Below are positions 1 through 13,162 of a DNA stretch of 64,000 bases, one piece after another. Position 1 is the stretch's first letter. Each line of letters begins with the position of its first letter. The notes under the pieces were generated by a model. It saw nothing but the letters and a program-made list of their open reading frames with translations. It did not search any database and had not been told where the DNA came from. Location of the stretch: NCBI RefSeq assembly GCF_009914755.1, contig NC_060930.1, one strand, 5' to 3'. A program made the translations under genes and the position numbers. This DNA is from the human T2T-CHM13v2.0 reference genome, Homo sapiens.

Positions 1-999
1 TTTTTTAAATAAAAAATCTAAAGTAGCAAACGCTTCTTAGAAACACTGAGATAACACACACACGTGGCCGAAAAACGATCAGAGTATTCTCCTTCTGCCT
101 TCTGCCCAATCCATCTCTCTGGAATAACTGGTATGGGTTTTGACGTCTGTATTGTGGGATTGTGTATTCACATGCAAATGCATCTGTATCTGTCTAGTCT
201 CCGTATCTCTCTCGGTAGGACTTCATATTCTAATGTGGGAGTTGCAACGAACATGTAGTTCTTCAGAAAACGCACGTCATCCAGGAGGATAGCCGTTCCA
301 GGTCAACCCTCACACTCTATGTACTCAATACGTAGTGAAAAGGCTCTACCTTTCCCACAGAAAAGCATTGTGCAAATAGTATTACTGTCTGTCAGGTTTA
401 GTAGGTTTGTTTCTCCAAGACTTCTCAAAGCTGCCCTGGAAAACTTGCTCCCAGGCAGGATGCAGTATCTCTAGAAGGGGTTCCTAGGCAGGTCCTTCTC
501 TCCTGCTCTCAGTCTACCCTCTGCTGGCCGCAGCTACTCCGGGACTGAGGGAAAGGGGGATGAGTTGAAAGAACAGTGGGACCCATGGCATAAAGGAAGA
601 CGGCAGGGTGGACTAAGAGATCTGAAGAGGTCGGACAGCTACGGAGCAGCAGAGAAAAATGCATTAGGGGGCAAAGCAGGCGAGTAGTTTGGGCTGCGGG
701 GATCTTGAAGCATTCGCTCTTCCTTATGCCTCCCAAGAACGTTGCTCCAACCTCCCAGTATCCTCACATTCATGACCTCTGGCTGCCTGAGAAAATGGGA
801 AATGTATTATGGGCCATGGGGTTCCAACACTGTCTCTCTAGAGACTCTAGACTTGTGGCCTAGTCTCAACCCCAGACCCTCCATTCCAGGAAGCTGGTTC
901 AATGAGCAACTGGATGTATAAGAGCCTGAGCTCTTGAAAGACTTCTAGTTCTTCCTTGGCTTCCCTCTTTTGAATGCATGGACTATTCTTATTATACCA

Positions 1000-2027
1000 A
1001 AAACCTCAGAGTTCAAACCTTTGTGATTGCTCTAGGATTTGCAATATCCCTTCGAACCCGCACAGTACCCTTTTATTAATATGACACACCATCGTGCATG
1101 AGGTAAAGAAACTTACAACGGTACACTTCGAATTAATCCCTTCGTGATTTATGCTACCATTTCAAATTCTTACCTCTACATATGCTGAAGTTAAATATCT
1201 TGCTATCATTTTGTTTCAAGTAGTCAACTCTCATTTACAAAGATATAGAAATTTGATCAAGAAAATATTTTGCATTTACATCTATCTACATTTGCCAATT
1301 GCTGGATTCTTCATTACGTGGGCTGCAGAAAGTTCCTTTCTTGTTCAATTCTTCTTCTACCTAATTCCTTCGGGTCACCTCTCTTGTTACATAAGCCTGC
1401 TGATTTCCAATTCTTACAGTTTCCGGTTTCTTTCTTTGGGGCAGTGCACAATATGCATTTATCCGACATGGATGACCTTCAAGGCATTTTATTGCTGGAT
1501 TCAGCATTCCCGGTTGATCTCTTTTTGTTCCTGATTATCATTTTAACAATATTCCCTGGTATCTGGCTTCCAGTGTTTCTGAGGTGAACACATTGGCAAT
1601 TTGTATCAGTGTACTTGTAGGAAGACACAGCTCTTTTTCCTCCAGTTTCTCGTGACAGGTTTCTTCTTATTATATCTTTGCCTTGTTACCTTCGAACTGT
1701 GATGTACAAAAGTACATCATACAGGTTGGGTTTTTTTTCCGAAATTCCCTATGTGATCCCTTGAGTTTCACGATTCTGTGATTTTTTTTAATGTTCTTCG
1801 TAATTGAAAAGTTATCAGCCATCCTTGATTCCGGTATTTGTTTCTATTCCAAACTCCCTTGCTCTTTACTGTGACTTGCTTCCCACATGCAGGAAATCTT
1901 TTCATATTTTCCTACATGTCTGTGAGGCTCGCTTAATTTTATATTTCACTGTTTCTTCAGGGGTGCGCGTGTCTGTGTGTGTTAGAACTTGTGAGTTTCT
2001 GCGTGTGTGTGAGTATGGGTGTGTTTT

Positions 2028-2061
<34 letters not shown>

Positions 2062-3150
2062 CTCATTCTGTAGGTTCTCTAGAATTGTGTGTTGGGTAAT
2101 GTTTTCCTCTGAAACGTCTAAATTGATCAGCCGGCCATACAGTAATTTTTTTCAATTAAGACATACTTTTTTTATACTACCTCTTTAATTTAATTTGGCT
2201 ATTCTGTACTGTTAATTTCTCTTGATATGATATCTGCTTTCTTGCATGTTGTTTTTTTAAATATTTGAAATCAGTTATCATACTGATATGTCAAATTTTC
2301 ACGCAATTCTAATCATTTCTCTCATTCCTGAGCCTGTTTGTATTACCCGATTTATTTCCTGGTCATGGGTCACACGAAACGCTTTTCTACATGTAGTCAG
2401 ATTTTAAATTTAGGACTCACTCTGCGGATACCGCATAGCTGAGGCAATCGACTTTGTTGTTTACTTCTAAAGAGAGTTGAGATTTCCTCTCACAGGCACT
2501 TCATTGATTGGAAACCGATTTGATGCTTGGACACTTGCTTTCCAGCTGTGCAAGGGGTTGTCTGCAGCTGACTTTATTCTAGTAATATACTAAGTGTACC
2601 TTTAAATTACGGCTGTTCTGGGGTCTCCACTGAATTGGCAATGTGCTCCGTGAGGACTCTCTGGTCTAGCTGGGAAGAACTCCAGTATCCCAGAGTGCTA
2701 TGTGATCTCTCTCTTCTTTATTGAGCTTCCTGTGCTCTTGTACTTGCTGTTTCTCAGTAAATGTTCTTTGCCACACTTTCTCGTGGAACCATTTCCTGTG
2801 CACAGGCAGCGTCATGTCAGGCCAACGACTGGAGGAGACTTCTATGCGTATTTGTAGAGCTCTTTTCCTCCACAAACCAGTTCTTATTTCTAGCAGACCT
2901 AGAAAAATTTCAGCTACCACAGTCATCCCAAACTCCAATCCCTCTCCTCCATTCAGCAAGATGGCTACAGTCTGCTTGGGCTCCATCTCCTTGCTATTCA
3001 GTGCAGGAAGGGTATCCAGGAAGAAAGCCAAGGCATCTGCGGAGTGGAGCCCATCATTGCCCCTCTCTCAATTCTCTAGGTCCTCTACCATCTGTTGTCC
3101 CACATGTAGAAACCATTTTTCCATGTCTCTGGTAGTCGCTTGTGGCCAAA
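1000..3150 (-). mobile_element. Ancient L1M-like remnant in the long kringle intron (same position in every unit and in the KIV-1 paralog); boundaries approximate
   Basis: T-rich plus strand. The KIV-1 paralog translates on the minus strand to L1 ORF1-like [10 protein letters not shown]...TQEAQWI (51478-51819). Confidence 0.55.
2031..2058. repeat. (TG)14 microsatellite, U1
   Basis: Counted directly. Confidence 0.95.
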
Positions 3151-3788
3151 ATATTGGCCATTGGGTGGTCAGACCCGGGCTTCTCTCCATCCACCCATCC
3201 CTTTTACTTTTCAGCATCCCTCTCTGTGCTGACTCTCATCTGCCTTCCTTCCTTGGATCTTCTCTTGCTGGGAACCTGTATCCCTTCAGGCCACTGGTAC
3301 TTAGGAACGAGTGTTTTTCTGACAATCGGAATATACGTAGATATAGAAACAGATCAATTCACCTGTCCATAAATAAGCACCTATTCTTTCCTCTTGAACC
3401 CAGAGAGAAAAGGCAAACGCAACCTTCCCTTCAGGAAGTGGAAGCCAGAATAACGGAATTCCAACTGGAAAGTCTCCATTGACGTTTAGTTGGTGTTGTG
3501 GAAGGGTAATCTAAGTGTCTGGTCCTTTGTCATTCTGACTTTCTTCATAATGTGATCTCCTCACCTCCAGATTTCCCTTCTGCTCAATAGAACTAGGAGG
3601 AAGGAGAGGGAGCTTAACATTTCCCTTCTCTCAGACCCTTAGCTCCAAGGCAATCATCCTGAGACATTTTGCTACGCCATCTGCATCTGTCACAAGTTGA
3701 GTTCGGAGAACTCAGCTTGAGACACATCTCTTGTAACAGAAACTTCACTTGGCCCTTTCTTCTCTTATGGTAAAGAACAAAGACATAC

Positions 3789-3948
3789 GCATTTGGGTAG
3801 TATTCTGGGGTCCGACTATGCGAGTGTGGTGTCATAGATGACCAAGCTTGGCAGGTTCTTCCTGTGACAGTGGTGGAGTATGTGCCTCGATAACTCTGTC
3901 CATTACCATGGTAGCACTCCTGCACCCCAGGCCTTTGCTCAGTCGGTG
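3789..3948 (-). CDS. LPA: KIV-2 copy 9 exon 1 (160 bp); its exon 2 lies left of window
   Basis: tttcag/CACCGACTGAG...CCAAATGC/gtatgt; encodes (A)[21 protein letters not shown]...YYPNA. Confidence 0.97.
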
Positions 3949-6900
3949 CTGAAATGAAAACACGGGAAATCAAGCTGAGTATCTCTGAGCATAGAGAAAC
4001 ATGTGAAGCCATTTGTGACACAACCAGAAAGGAGTCTATGAGAATTACGACCGTTCTCTTTTCCTTATCCATAGGCAGATGGATGTGAGAAAACCGACCA
4101 ACAAACAAACACCAAAGCAACAGATTCCTCCCATTCTAGAACTGTAGTAAGTTCTTGGAAATATTTCACCTGACACCTTAGAGAAACACAACAGATCAGA
4201 TTCCTCATTGGAAAGTGAGCTCACGAGGTAGCACCTTTCTAGGAAACTCTACTGAATCTTCATGCAAACGGCACCGCATTTGGCAATGCGGGCTGCAGGT
4301 GGTAATTGGCTGTCGGGGGCAGAGTTTGGGACAGACATGGAAATTTTGCATGTTTCCCTAGACCGTTGATCATGAAAGCCAAGGCCTTTGGCTTCCGGGC
4401 CATGGGGCAGAAAACGGTCCTATGTATCTGACTGAAGACAAAGACACTTTGCTTCTCAGGGATGTGTGCACGCCAAAAGCTTCTTCCCTTGGAGGAGAGA
4501 GGGAATCCTCTCATGCCCTGCATCCTGAATTGTAGTAAAGTAGGAGTCTACTACTCTTTCTCTCTAGACCCCTCACAGGTACAAGTGTCATCAGAAAGAG
4601 GTTTAAGAATACTGAGAAATCACTCCCTTCAAAGCCTAGGGCTGAAGAGCCTTAGAGCACTGGGAGCTCATGTACTGCTCCATAGACCCAGGGCCACATG
4701 GAATCAATGCAGCCCTGTTAGGTTTCTCGAGGGTGACAGGCTCCAGAGCCACATTTCTCAGAATCTGCAATGCTGAAGATTGCTCTGAATGCTGGCTACT
4801 TGAAGAAATCCCCGGAAAAGCTTACTGGCTTGGAAAGAGTGACACACCTGACAGCATGTTACAATAAAAATTTTGGCTGGGACACTGAGGTAGCCCGTTT
4901 TACAACAAGGTGAATTTTGAAGTCGATCCCCCTGGAGGGTTTGTGCCCATCCTAAAGACAAAGCCCAACCACGTTGCACCAGAAATCACTCCGCTGGCTC
5001 CCCCAGAGAGTGCACGGAGGCTTCCTCCTACATGGTAGAACTCAGGCAACACTCGAGCATCCGTTTAACATTGAAGGCGGCTGCATCAGTGGGAATTTCC
5101 ATGGCTTTTCATCCCAGCATCGAAGCGTGTAGATGTCTGGCCACAGACTCCTTACCTTGTTCGGAAGGAGCCTCTAGGCTTGGAACCGGGGTAACAGTCG
5201 GAGGCGCGACGGCAGTCCCTTCTGCGTCTGAGCATTGCGTCAGGTTGCAGTACTCCCACCTGACACCGGGATCCCTCGTATAACAATAAGGAGCTGCCAC
5301 AGCATCTGGATTCCTGCAGTAGTTCATGATCAAGCCACTGGAAATTCCAAAACGATACACGTCACAAGAGGTGGGACAACATGCAGGGGCACCCCACACT
5401 CTCTCCTTTGTGCTGCAACAAGGTCATTACCGGTGCCTTTCTAATATTCCCATTAAAAGTACCATATGATTGCCACCAGCAAAAATGGCTCTCGATCACT
5501 AATCCTCTCTGCACATCTCTCATACTTAATAGATTATTACTATTTTTTTAAATAAAAAATCTAAAGTAGCAAACGCTTCTTAGAAACACTGAGATAACAC
5601 ACACACGTGGCCGAAAAACGATCAGAGTATTCTCCTTCTGCCTTCTGCCCAATCCATCTCTCTGGAATAACTGGTATGGGTTTTGACGTCTGTATTGTGG
5701 GATTGTGTATTCACATGCAAATGCATCTGTATCTGTCTAGTCTCCGTATCTCTCTCGGTAGGACTTCATATTCTAATGTGGGAGTTGCAACGAACATGTA
5801 GTTCTTCAGAAAACACACGTCATCCAGGAGGATAGCCGTTCCAGGTCAACCCTCACACTCTATGTACTCAATACGTAGTGAAAAGGCTCTACCTTTCCCA
5901 CAGAAAAGCATTGTGCAAATAGTATTACTGTCTGTCAGGTTTAGTAGGTTTGTTTCTCCAAGACTTCTCAAAGCTGCCCTGGAAAACTTGCTCCCAGGCA
6001 GGATGCAGTATCTCTAGAAGGGGTTCCTAGGCAGGTCCTTCTCTCCTGCTCTCAGTCTACCCTCTGCTGGCTGCAGCTACTCCGGGACTGAGGGAAAGGG
6101 GGATGAGTTGAAAGAACAGTGGGACCCATGGCATAAAGGAAGACGGCAGGGTGGACTAAGAGATCTGAAGAGGTCGGACAGCTACGGAGCAGCAGAGAAA
6201 AATGCATTAGGGGGCAAAGCAGGCGAGTAGTTTGGGCTGCGGGGATCTTGAAGCATTCGCTCTTCCTTATGCCTCCCAAGAACGTTGCTCCAACCTCCCA
6301 GTATCCTCACATTCATGACCTCTGGCTGCCTGAGAAAATGGGAAATGTATTATGGGCCATGGGGTTCCAACACTGTCTCTCTAGAGACTCTAGACTTGTG
6401 GCCTAGTCTCAACCCCAGACCCTCCATTCCAGGAAGCTGGTTCAATGAGCAACTGGATGTGTAAGAGCCTGAGCTCTTGAAAGACTTCTAGTTCTTCCTT
6501 GGCTTCCCTCTTTTGAATGCATGGACTATTCTTATTATACCAAAAACCTCAGAGTTCAAACCTTTGTGATTGCTCTAGGATTTGCAATATCCCTTCGAAC
6601 CCGCACAGTACCCTTTTATTAATATGACACACCATCGTGCATGAGGTAAAGAAACTTACAACGGTACACTTCGAATTAATCCCTTCGTGATTTATGCTAC
6701 CATTTCAAATTCTTACCTCTACATATGCTGAAGTTAAATATCTTGCTATCATTTTGTTTCAAATAGTCAACTCTCATTTACAAAGATATAGAAATTTGAT
6801 CAAGAAAATATTTTGCATTTACATCTATCTACATTTGCCAATTGCTGGATTCTTCATTACGTGGGCTGCAGAAAGTTCCTTTCTTGTTCAATTCTTCTTC

Positions 6901-7571
6901 TACCTAATTCCTTCGGGTCACCTCTCTTGTTACATAAGCCTGCTGATTTCCAATTCTTACAGTTTCCGGTTTCTTTCTTTGGGGCAGTGCACAATATGCA
7001 TTTATCCGACATGGATGACCTTCAAGGCATTTTATTGCTGGATTCAGCATTCCCGGTTGATCTCTTTTTGTTCCTGATTATCATTTTAACAATATTCCCT
7101 GGTATCTGGCTTCCAGTGTTTCTGAGGTGAACACATTGGCAATTTGTATCAGTGTACTTGTAGGAAGACACAGCTCTTTTTCCTCCAGTTTCTCGTGACA
7201 GGTTTCTTCTTATTACATCTTTGCCTTGTTACCTTCGAACTGTGATGTACAAAAGTACATCATACAGGTTGGGTTTTTTTTCCGAAATTCCCTATATGAT
7301 CCCTTGAGTTTCACGATTCTGTGATTTTTTTTAATGTTCTTCGTAATTGAAAAGTTATCAGCCATCCTTGATTCTGGTATTTGTTTCTATTATAAACTCC
7401 CTTGCTCTTTACTGTGACTTGCTTCCCACATGCAGGAAATCTTTTCATATTTTCCTACATGTCTGTGAGGCTCGCTTAATTTTATATTTCACTGTTTCTT
7501 CAGGGGTGCGCGTGTCTGTGTGTGTTAGAACTTGTGAGTTTCTGCGTGTGTGTGAGTATGGGTGTGTTTTC

Positions 7572-7602
<31 letters not shown>

Positions 7603-10600
7603 AGCTCATTCTGTAGGTTCTCTAGAATTGTGTGTTGGGTAATGTTTTCCTCTGAAACGTCTAATTTGATCAGCCGGCCATACAGTAATTTTTTTCAATT
7701 AAGACATACTTTTTTTATACTAGCTCTTTAATTTAATTTGGCTATTCTGTACTGTTAATTTCTCTTGATATGATATCTGCTTTCTTGCATGTTGTTTTTT
7801 TAAATATTTGAAATCAGTTATCATACTGATATGTCAAATTTTCACGCAATTCTAATCATTTCTCTCATTCCTGAGCCTGTTTGTATTACCCGATTTATTT
7901 CCTGGTCATGGGTCACACGAAACGCTTTTCTACATGTAGTCAGATTTTAAATTTAGGACTCACTCTGCGGATACCGCATAGCTGAGGCAATCGACTTTGT
8001 TGTTTACTTCTAAAGAGAGTTGAGATTTCCTCTCACAGGCACTTCATTGATTGGAAACCGATTTGATGCTTGGACACTTGCTTTCCAGCTGTGCAAGGGG
8101 TTGTCTGCAGCTGACTTTATTCTAGTAATATACTAAGTGTACCTTTAAATTACGGCTGTTCTGGGGTCTCCACTGAATTGGCAATGTGCTCCGTGAGGAC
8201 TCTCTGGTCTAGCTGGGAAGAACTCCAGTATCCCAGAGTGCTATGTGATCTCTCTCTTCTTTATTGAGCTTCCTGTGCTCTTGTACTTGCTGTTTCTCAG
8301 TAAATGTTCTTTGCCACACTTTCTCGTGGAACCATTTCCTGTGCACAGGCAGCGTCATGTCAGGCCAACGACTGGAGGAGACTTCTATGCGTATTTGTAG
8401 AGCTCTTTTCCTCCACACAAACCAGTTCTTATTTCTAGCAGACCTAGAAAAATTTCAGCTACCACAGTCATCCCAAACTCCAATCCCTCTCCTCCATTCA
8501 GCAAGATGGCTACAGTCTGCTTGGGCTCCATCTCCTTGCTATTCAGTGCAGGAAGGGTATCCAGGAAGAAAGCCAAGGCATCTGCGGAGTGGAGCCCATC
8601 ATTGCCCCTCTCTCAATTCTCTAGGTCCTCTACCATCTGTTGTCCCACATGTAGAAACCATTTTTCCATGTCTCTGGTAGTCGCTTGTGGCCAAAATATT
8701 GGCCATTGGGTGGTCAGACCCGGGCTTCTCTCCATCCACCCATCCCTTTTACTTTTCAGCATCCCTCTCTGTGCTGACTCTCATCTGCCTTCCTTCCTTG
8801 GATCTTCTCTTGCTGGGAACCTGTATCCCTTCAGGCCACTGGTACTTAGGAACGAGTGTTTTTCTGACAATCGGAATATACGTAGATATAGAAACAGATC
8901 AATTCACCTGTCCATAAATAAGCACCTATTCTTTCCTCTTGAACCCAGAGAGAAAAGGCAAACGCAACCTTCCCTTCAGGAAGTGGAAGCCAGAATAACG
9001 GAATTCCAACTGGAAAGTCTCCATTGACGTTTAGTTGGTGTTGTGGAAGGGTAATCTAAGTGTCTGGTCCTTTGTCATTCTGACTTTCTTCATAATGTGA
9101 TCTCCTCACCTCCAGATTTCCCTTCTGCTCAATAGAACTAGGAGGAAGGAGAGGGAGCTTAACATTTCCCTTCTCTCAGACCCTTAGCTCCAAGGCAATC
9201 ATCCTGAGACATTTTGCTACGCCATCTGCATCTGTCACAAGTTGAGTTCGGAGAACTCAGCTTGAGACACATCTCTTGTAACAGAAACTTCACTTGGCCC
9301 TTTCTTCTCTTATGGTAAAGAACAAAGACATACGCATTTGGGTAGTATTCTGGGGTCCGACTATGCGAGTGTGGTGTCATAGATGACCAAGCTTGGCAGG
9401 TTCTTCCTGTGACAGTGGTGGAGTATGTGCCTCGATAACTCTGTCCATTACCATGGTAGCACTCCTGCACCCCAGGCCTTTGCTCAGTCGGTGCTGAAAT
9501 GAAAACACGGGAAATCAAGCTGAGTATCTCTGAGCATAGAGAAACATGTGAAGCCATTTGTGACACAACCAGAAAGGAGTCTATGAGAATTACGACCGTT
9601 CTCTTTTCCTTATCCATAGGCAGATGGATGTGAGAAAACCGACCAACAAACAAACACCAAAGCAACAGATTCCTCCCATTCTAGAACTGTAGTAAGTTCT
9701 TGGAAATATTTCACCTGACACCTTAGAGAAACACAACAGATCAGATTCCTCATTGGAAAGTGAGCTCACGAGGTAGCACCTTTCTAGGAAACTCTACTGA
9801 ATCTTCATGCAAACGGCACCGCATTTGGCAATGCGGGCTGCAGGTGGTAATTGGCTGTCGGGGGCAGAGTTTGGGACAGACATGGAAATTTTGCATGTTT
9901 CCCTAGACCGTTGATCATGAAAGCCAAGGCCTTTGGCTTCCGGGCCATGGGGCAGAAAACGGTCCTATGTATCTGACTGAAGACAAAGACACTTTGCTTC
10001 TCAGGGATGTGTGCACGCCAAAAGCTTCTTCCCTTGGAGGAGAGAGGGAATCCTCTCATGCCCTGCATCCTGAATTGTAGTAAAGTAGGAGTCTACTACT
10101 CTTTCTCTCTAGACCCCTCACAGGTACAAGTGTCATCAGAAAGAGGTTTAAGAATACTGAGAAATCACTCCCTTCAAAGCCTAGGGCTGAAGAGCCTTAG
10201 AGCACTGGGAGCTCATGTACTGCTCCATAGACCCAGGGCCACATGGAATCAATGCAGCCCTCTTAGGTTTCTCGAGGGTGACAGGCTCCAGAGCCACATT
10301 TCTCAGAATCTGCAATGCTGAAGATTGCTCTGAATGCTGGCTACTTGAAGAAATCCCCGGAAAAGCTTACTGGCTTGGAAAGAGTGACACACCTGACAGC
10401 ATGTTACAATAAAAATTTTGGCTGGGACACTGAGGTAGCCCGTTTTACAACAAGGTGAATTTTGAAGTCGATCCCCCTGGAGGGTTTGTGCCCATCCTAA
10501 AGACAAAGCCCAACCACGTTGCACCAGAAATCACTCCGCTGGCTCCCCCAGAGAGTGCACGGAGGCTTCCTCCTACATGGTAGAACTCAGGCAACACTCG

Positions 10601-13118
10601 AGCATCCGTTTACCATTGAAGGCGGCTGCATCAGTGGGAATTTCCATGGCTTTTCATCCCAGCATCGAAGCGTGTAGATGTCTGGCCACAGACTCCTTAC
10701 CTTGTTCGGAAGGAGCCTCTAGGCTTGGAACCGGGGTAACAGTCGGAGGCGCGACGGCAGTCCCTTCTGCGTCTGAGCATTGCGTCAGGTTGCAGTACTC
10801 CCACCTGACACCGGGATCCCTCGTATAACAATAAGGAGCTGCCACAGCATCTGGATTCCTGCAGTAGTTCATGATCAAGCCACTGGAAATTCCAAAACGA
10901 TACACGTCACAAGAGGTGGGACAACATGCAGGGGCACCCCACACTCTCTCCTTTGTGCTGCAACAAGGTCATTACCGGTGCCTTTCTAATATTCCCATTA
11001 AAAGTACCATATGATTGCCACCAGCAAAAATGGCTCTCGATCACTAATCCTCTCTGCACATCTCTCATACTTAATAGATTATTACTATTTTTTTTAAATA
11101 AAAAATCTAAAGTAGCAAACGCTTCTTAGAAACACTGAGATAACACACACACGTGGCCGAAAAACGATCAGAGTATTCTCCTTCTGCCTTCTGCCCAATC
11201 CATCTCTCTGGAATAACTGGTATGGGTTTTGACGTCTGTATTGTGGGATTGTGTATTCACATGCAAATGCATCTGTATCTGTCTAGTCTCCGTATCTCTC
11301 TCGGTAGGACTTCATATTCTAATGTGGGAGTTGCAACGAACATGTAGTTCTTCAGAAAACGCACGTCATCCAGGAGGATAGCCGTTCCAGGTCAACCCTC
11401 ACACTCTATGTACTCAATACGTAGTGAAAAGGCTCTACCTTTCCCACAGAAAAGCATTGTGCAAATAGTATTACTGTCTGTCAGGTTTAGTAGGTTTGTT
11501 TCTCCAAGACTTCTCAAAGCTGCCCTGGAAAACTTGCTCCCAGGCAGGATGCAGTATCTCTAGAAGGGGTTCCTAGGCAGGTCCTTCTCTCCTGCTCTCA
11601 GTCTACCCTCTGCTGGCCGCAGCTACTCCGGGACTGAGGGAAAGGGGGATGAGTTGAAAGAACAGTGGGACCCATGGCATAAAGGAAGACGGCAGGGTGG
11701 ACTAAGAGATCTGAAGAGGTCGGACAGCTACGGAGCAGCAGAGAAAAATGCATTAGGGGGCAAAGCAGGCGAGTAGTTTGGGCTGCGGGGATCTTGAAGC
11801 ATTCGCTCTTCCTTATGCCTCCCAAGAACGTTGCTCCAACCTCCCAGTATCCTCACATTCATGACCTCTGGCTGCCTGAGAAAATGGGAAATGTATTATG
11901 GGCCATGGGGTTCCAACACTGTCTCTCTAGAGACTCTAGACTTGTGGCCTAGTCTCAACCCCAGACCCTCCATTCCAGGAAGCTGGTTCAATGAGCAACT
12001 GGATGTATAAGAGCCTGAGCTCTTGAAAGACTTCTAGTTCTTCCTTGGCTTCCCTCTTTTGAATGCATGGACTATTCTTATTATACCAAAAACCTCAGAG
12101 TTCAAACCTTTGTGATTGCTCTAGGATTTGCAATATCCCTTCGAACCCGCACAGTACCCTTTTATTAATATGACACACCATCGTGCATGAGGTAAAGAAA
12201 CTTACAACGGTACACTTCGAATTAATCCCTTCGTGATTTATGCTACCATTTCAAATTCTTACCTCTACATATGCTGAAGTTAAATATCTTGCTATCATTT
12301 TGTTTCAAGTAGTCAACTCTCATTTACAAAGATATAGAAATTTGATCAAGAAAATATTTTGCATTTACATCTATCTACATTTGCCAATTGCTGGATTCTT
12401 CATTACGTGGGCTGCAGAAAGTTCCTTTCTTGTTCAATTCTTCTTCTACCTAATTCCTTCGGGTCACCTCTCTTGTTACATAAGCCTGCTGATTTCCAAT
12501 TCTTACAGTTTCCGGTTTCTTTCTTTGGGGCAGTGCACAATATGCATTTATCCGACATGGATGACCTTCAAGGCATTTTATTGCTGGATTCAGCATTCCC
12601 GGTTGATCTCTTTTTGTTCCTGATTATCATTTTAACAATATTCCCTGGTATCTGGCTTCCAGTGTTTCTGAGGTGAACACATTGGCAATTTGTATCAGTG
12701 TACTTGTAGGAAGACACAGCTCTTTTTCCTCCAGTTTCTCGTGACAGGTTTCTTCTTATTACATCTTTGCCTTGTTACCTTCGAACTGTGATGTACAAAA
12801 GTACATCATACAGGTTGGGTTTTTTTTCCGAAATTCCCTATATGATCCCTTGAGTTTCACGATTCTGTGATTTTTTTTAATGTTCTTCGTAATTGAAAAG
12901 TTATCAGCCATCCTTGATTCTGGTATTTGTTTCTATTATAAACTCCCTTGCTCTTTACTGTGACTTGCTTCCCACATGCAGGAAATCTTTTCATATTTTC
13001 CTACATGTCTGTGAGGCTCGCTTAATTTTATATTTCACTGTTTCTTCAGGGGTGCGCGTGTCTGTGTGTGTTAGAACTTGTGAGTTTCTGCGTGTGTGTG
13101 AGTATGGGTGTGTTTTCA

Positions 13119-13162
<44 letters not shown>

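Noticed and set aside
2721-3482. 253-aa plus-strand ORF repeated in several units, and the other recurring short ORFs
   Set aside because: No recognisable domain, overlaps decayed repeat-derived intron, and is frameshifted by the CA indel in U2, U4, U6 and U7. Recurrence only reflects the tandem duplication.
3614-4120. 168-aa and 96-aa minus-strand ORFs as stand-alone kringle genes
   Set aside because: They are LPA exons with read-through into flanking intron; the real boundaries are set by GT-AG sites.
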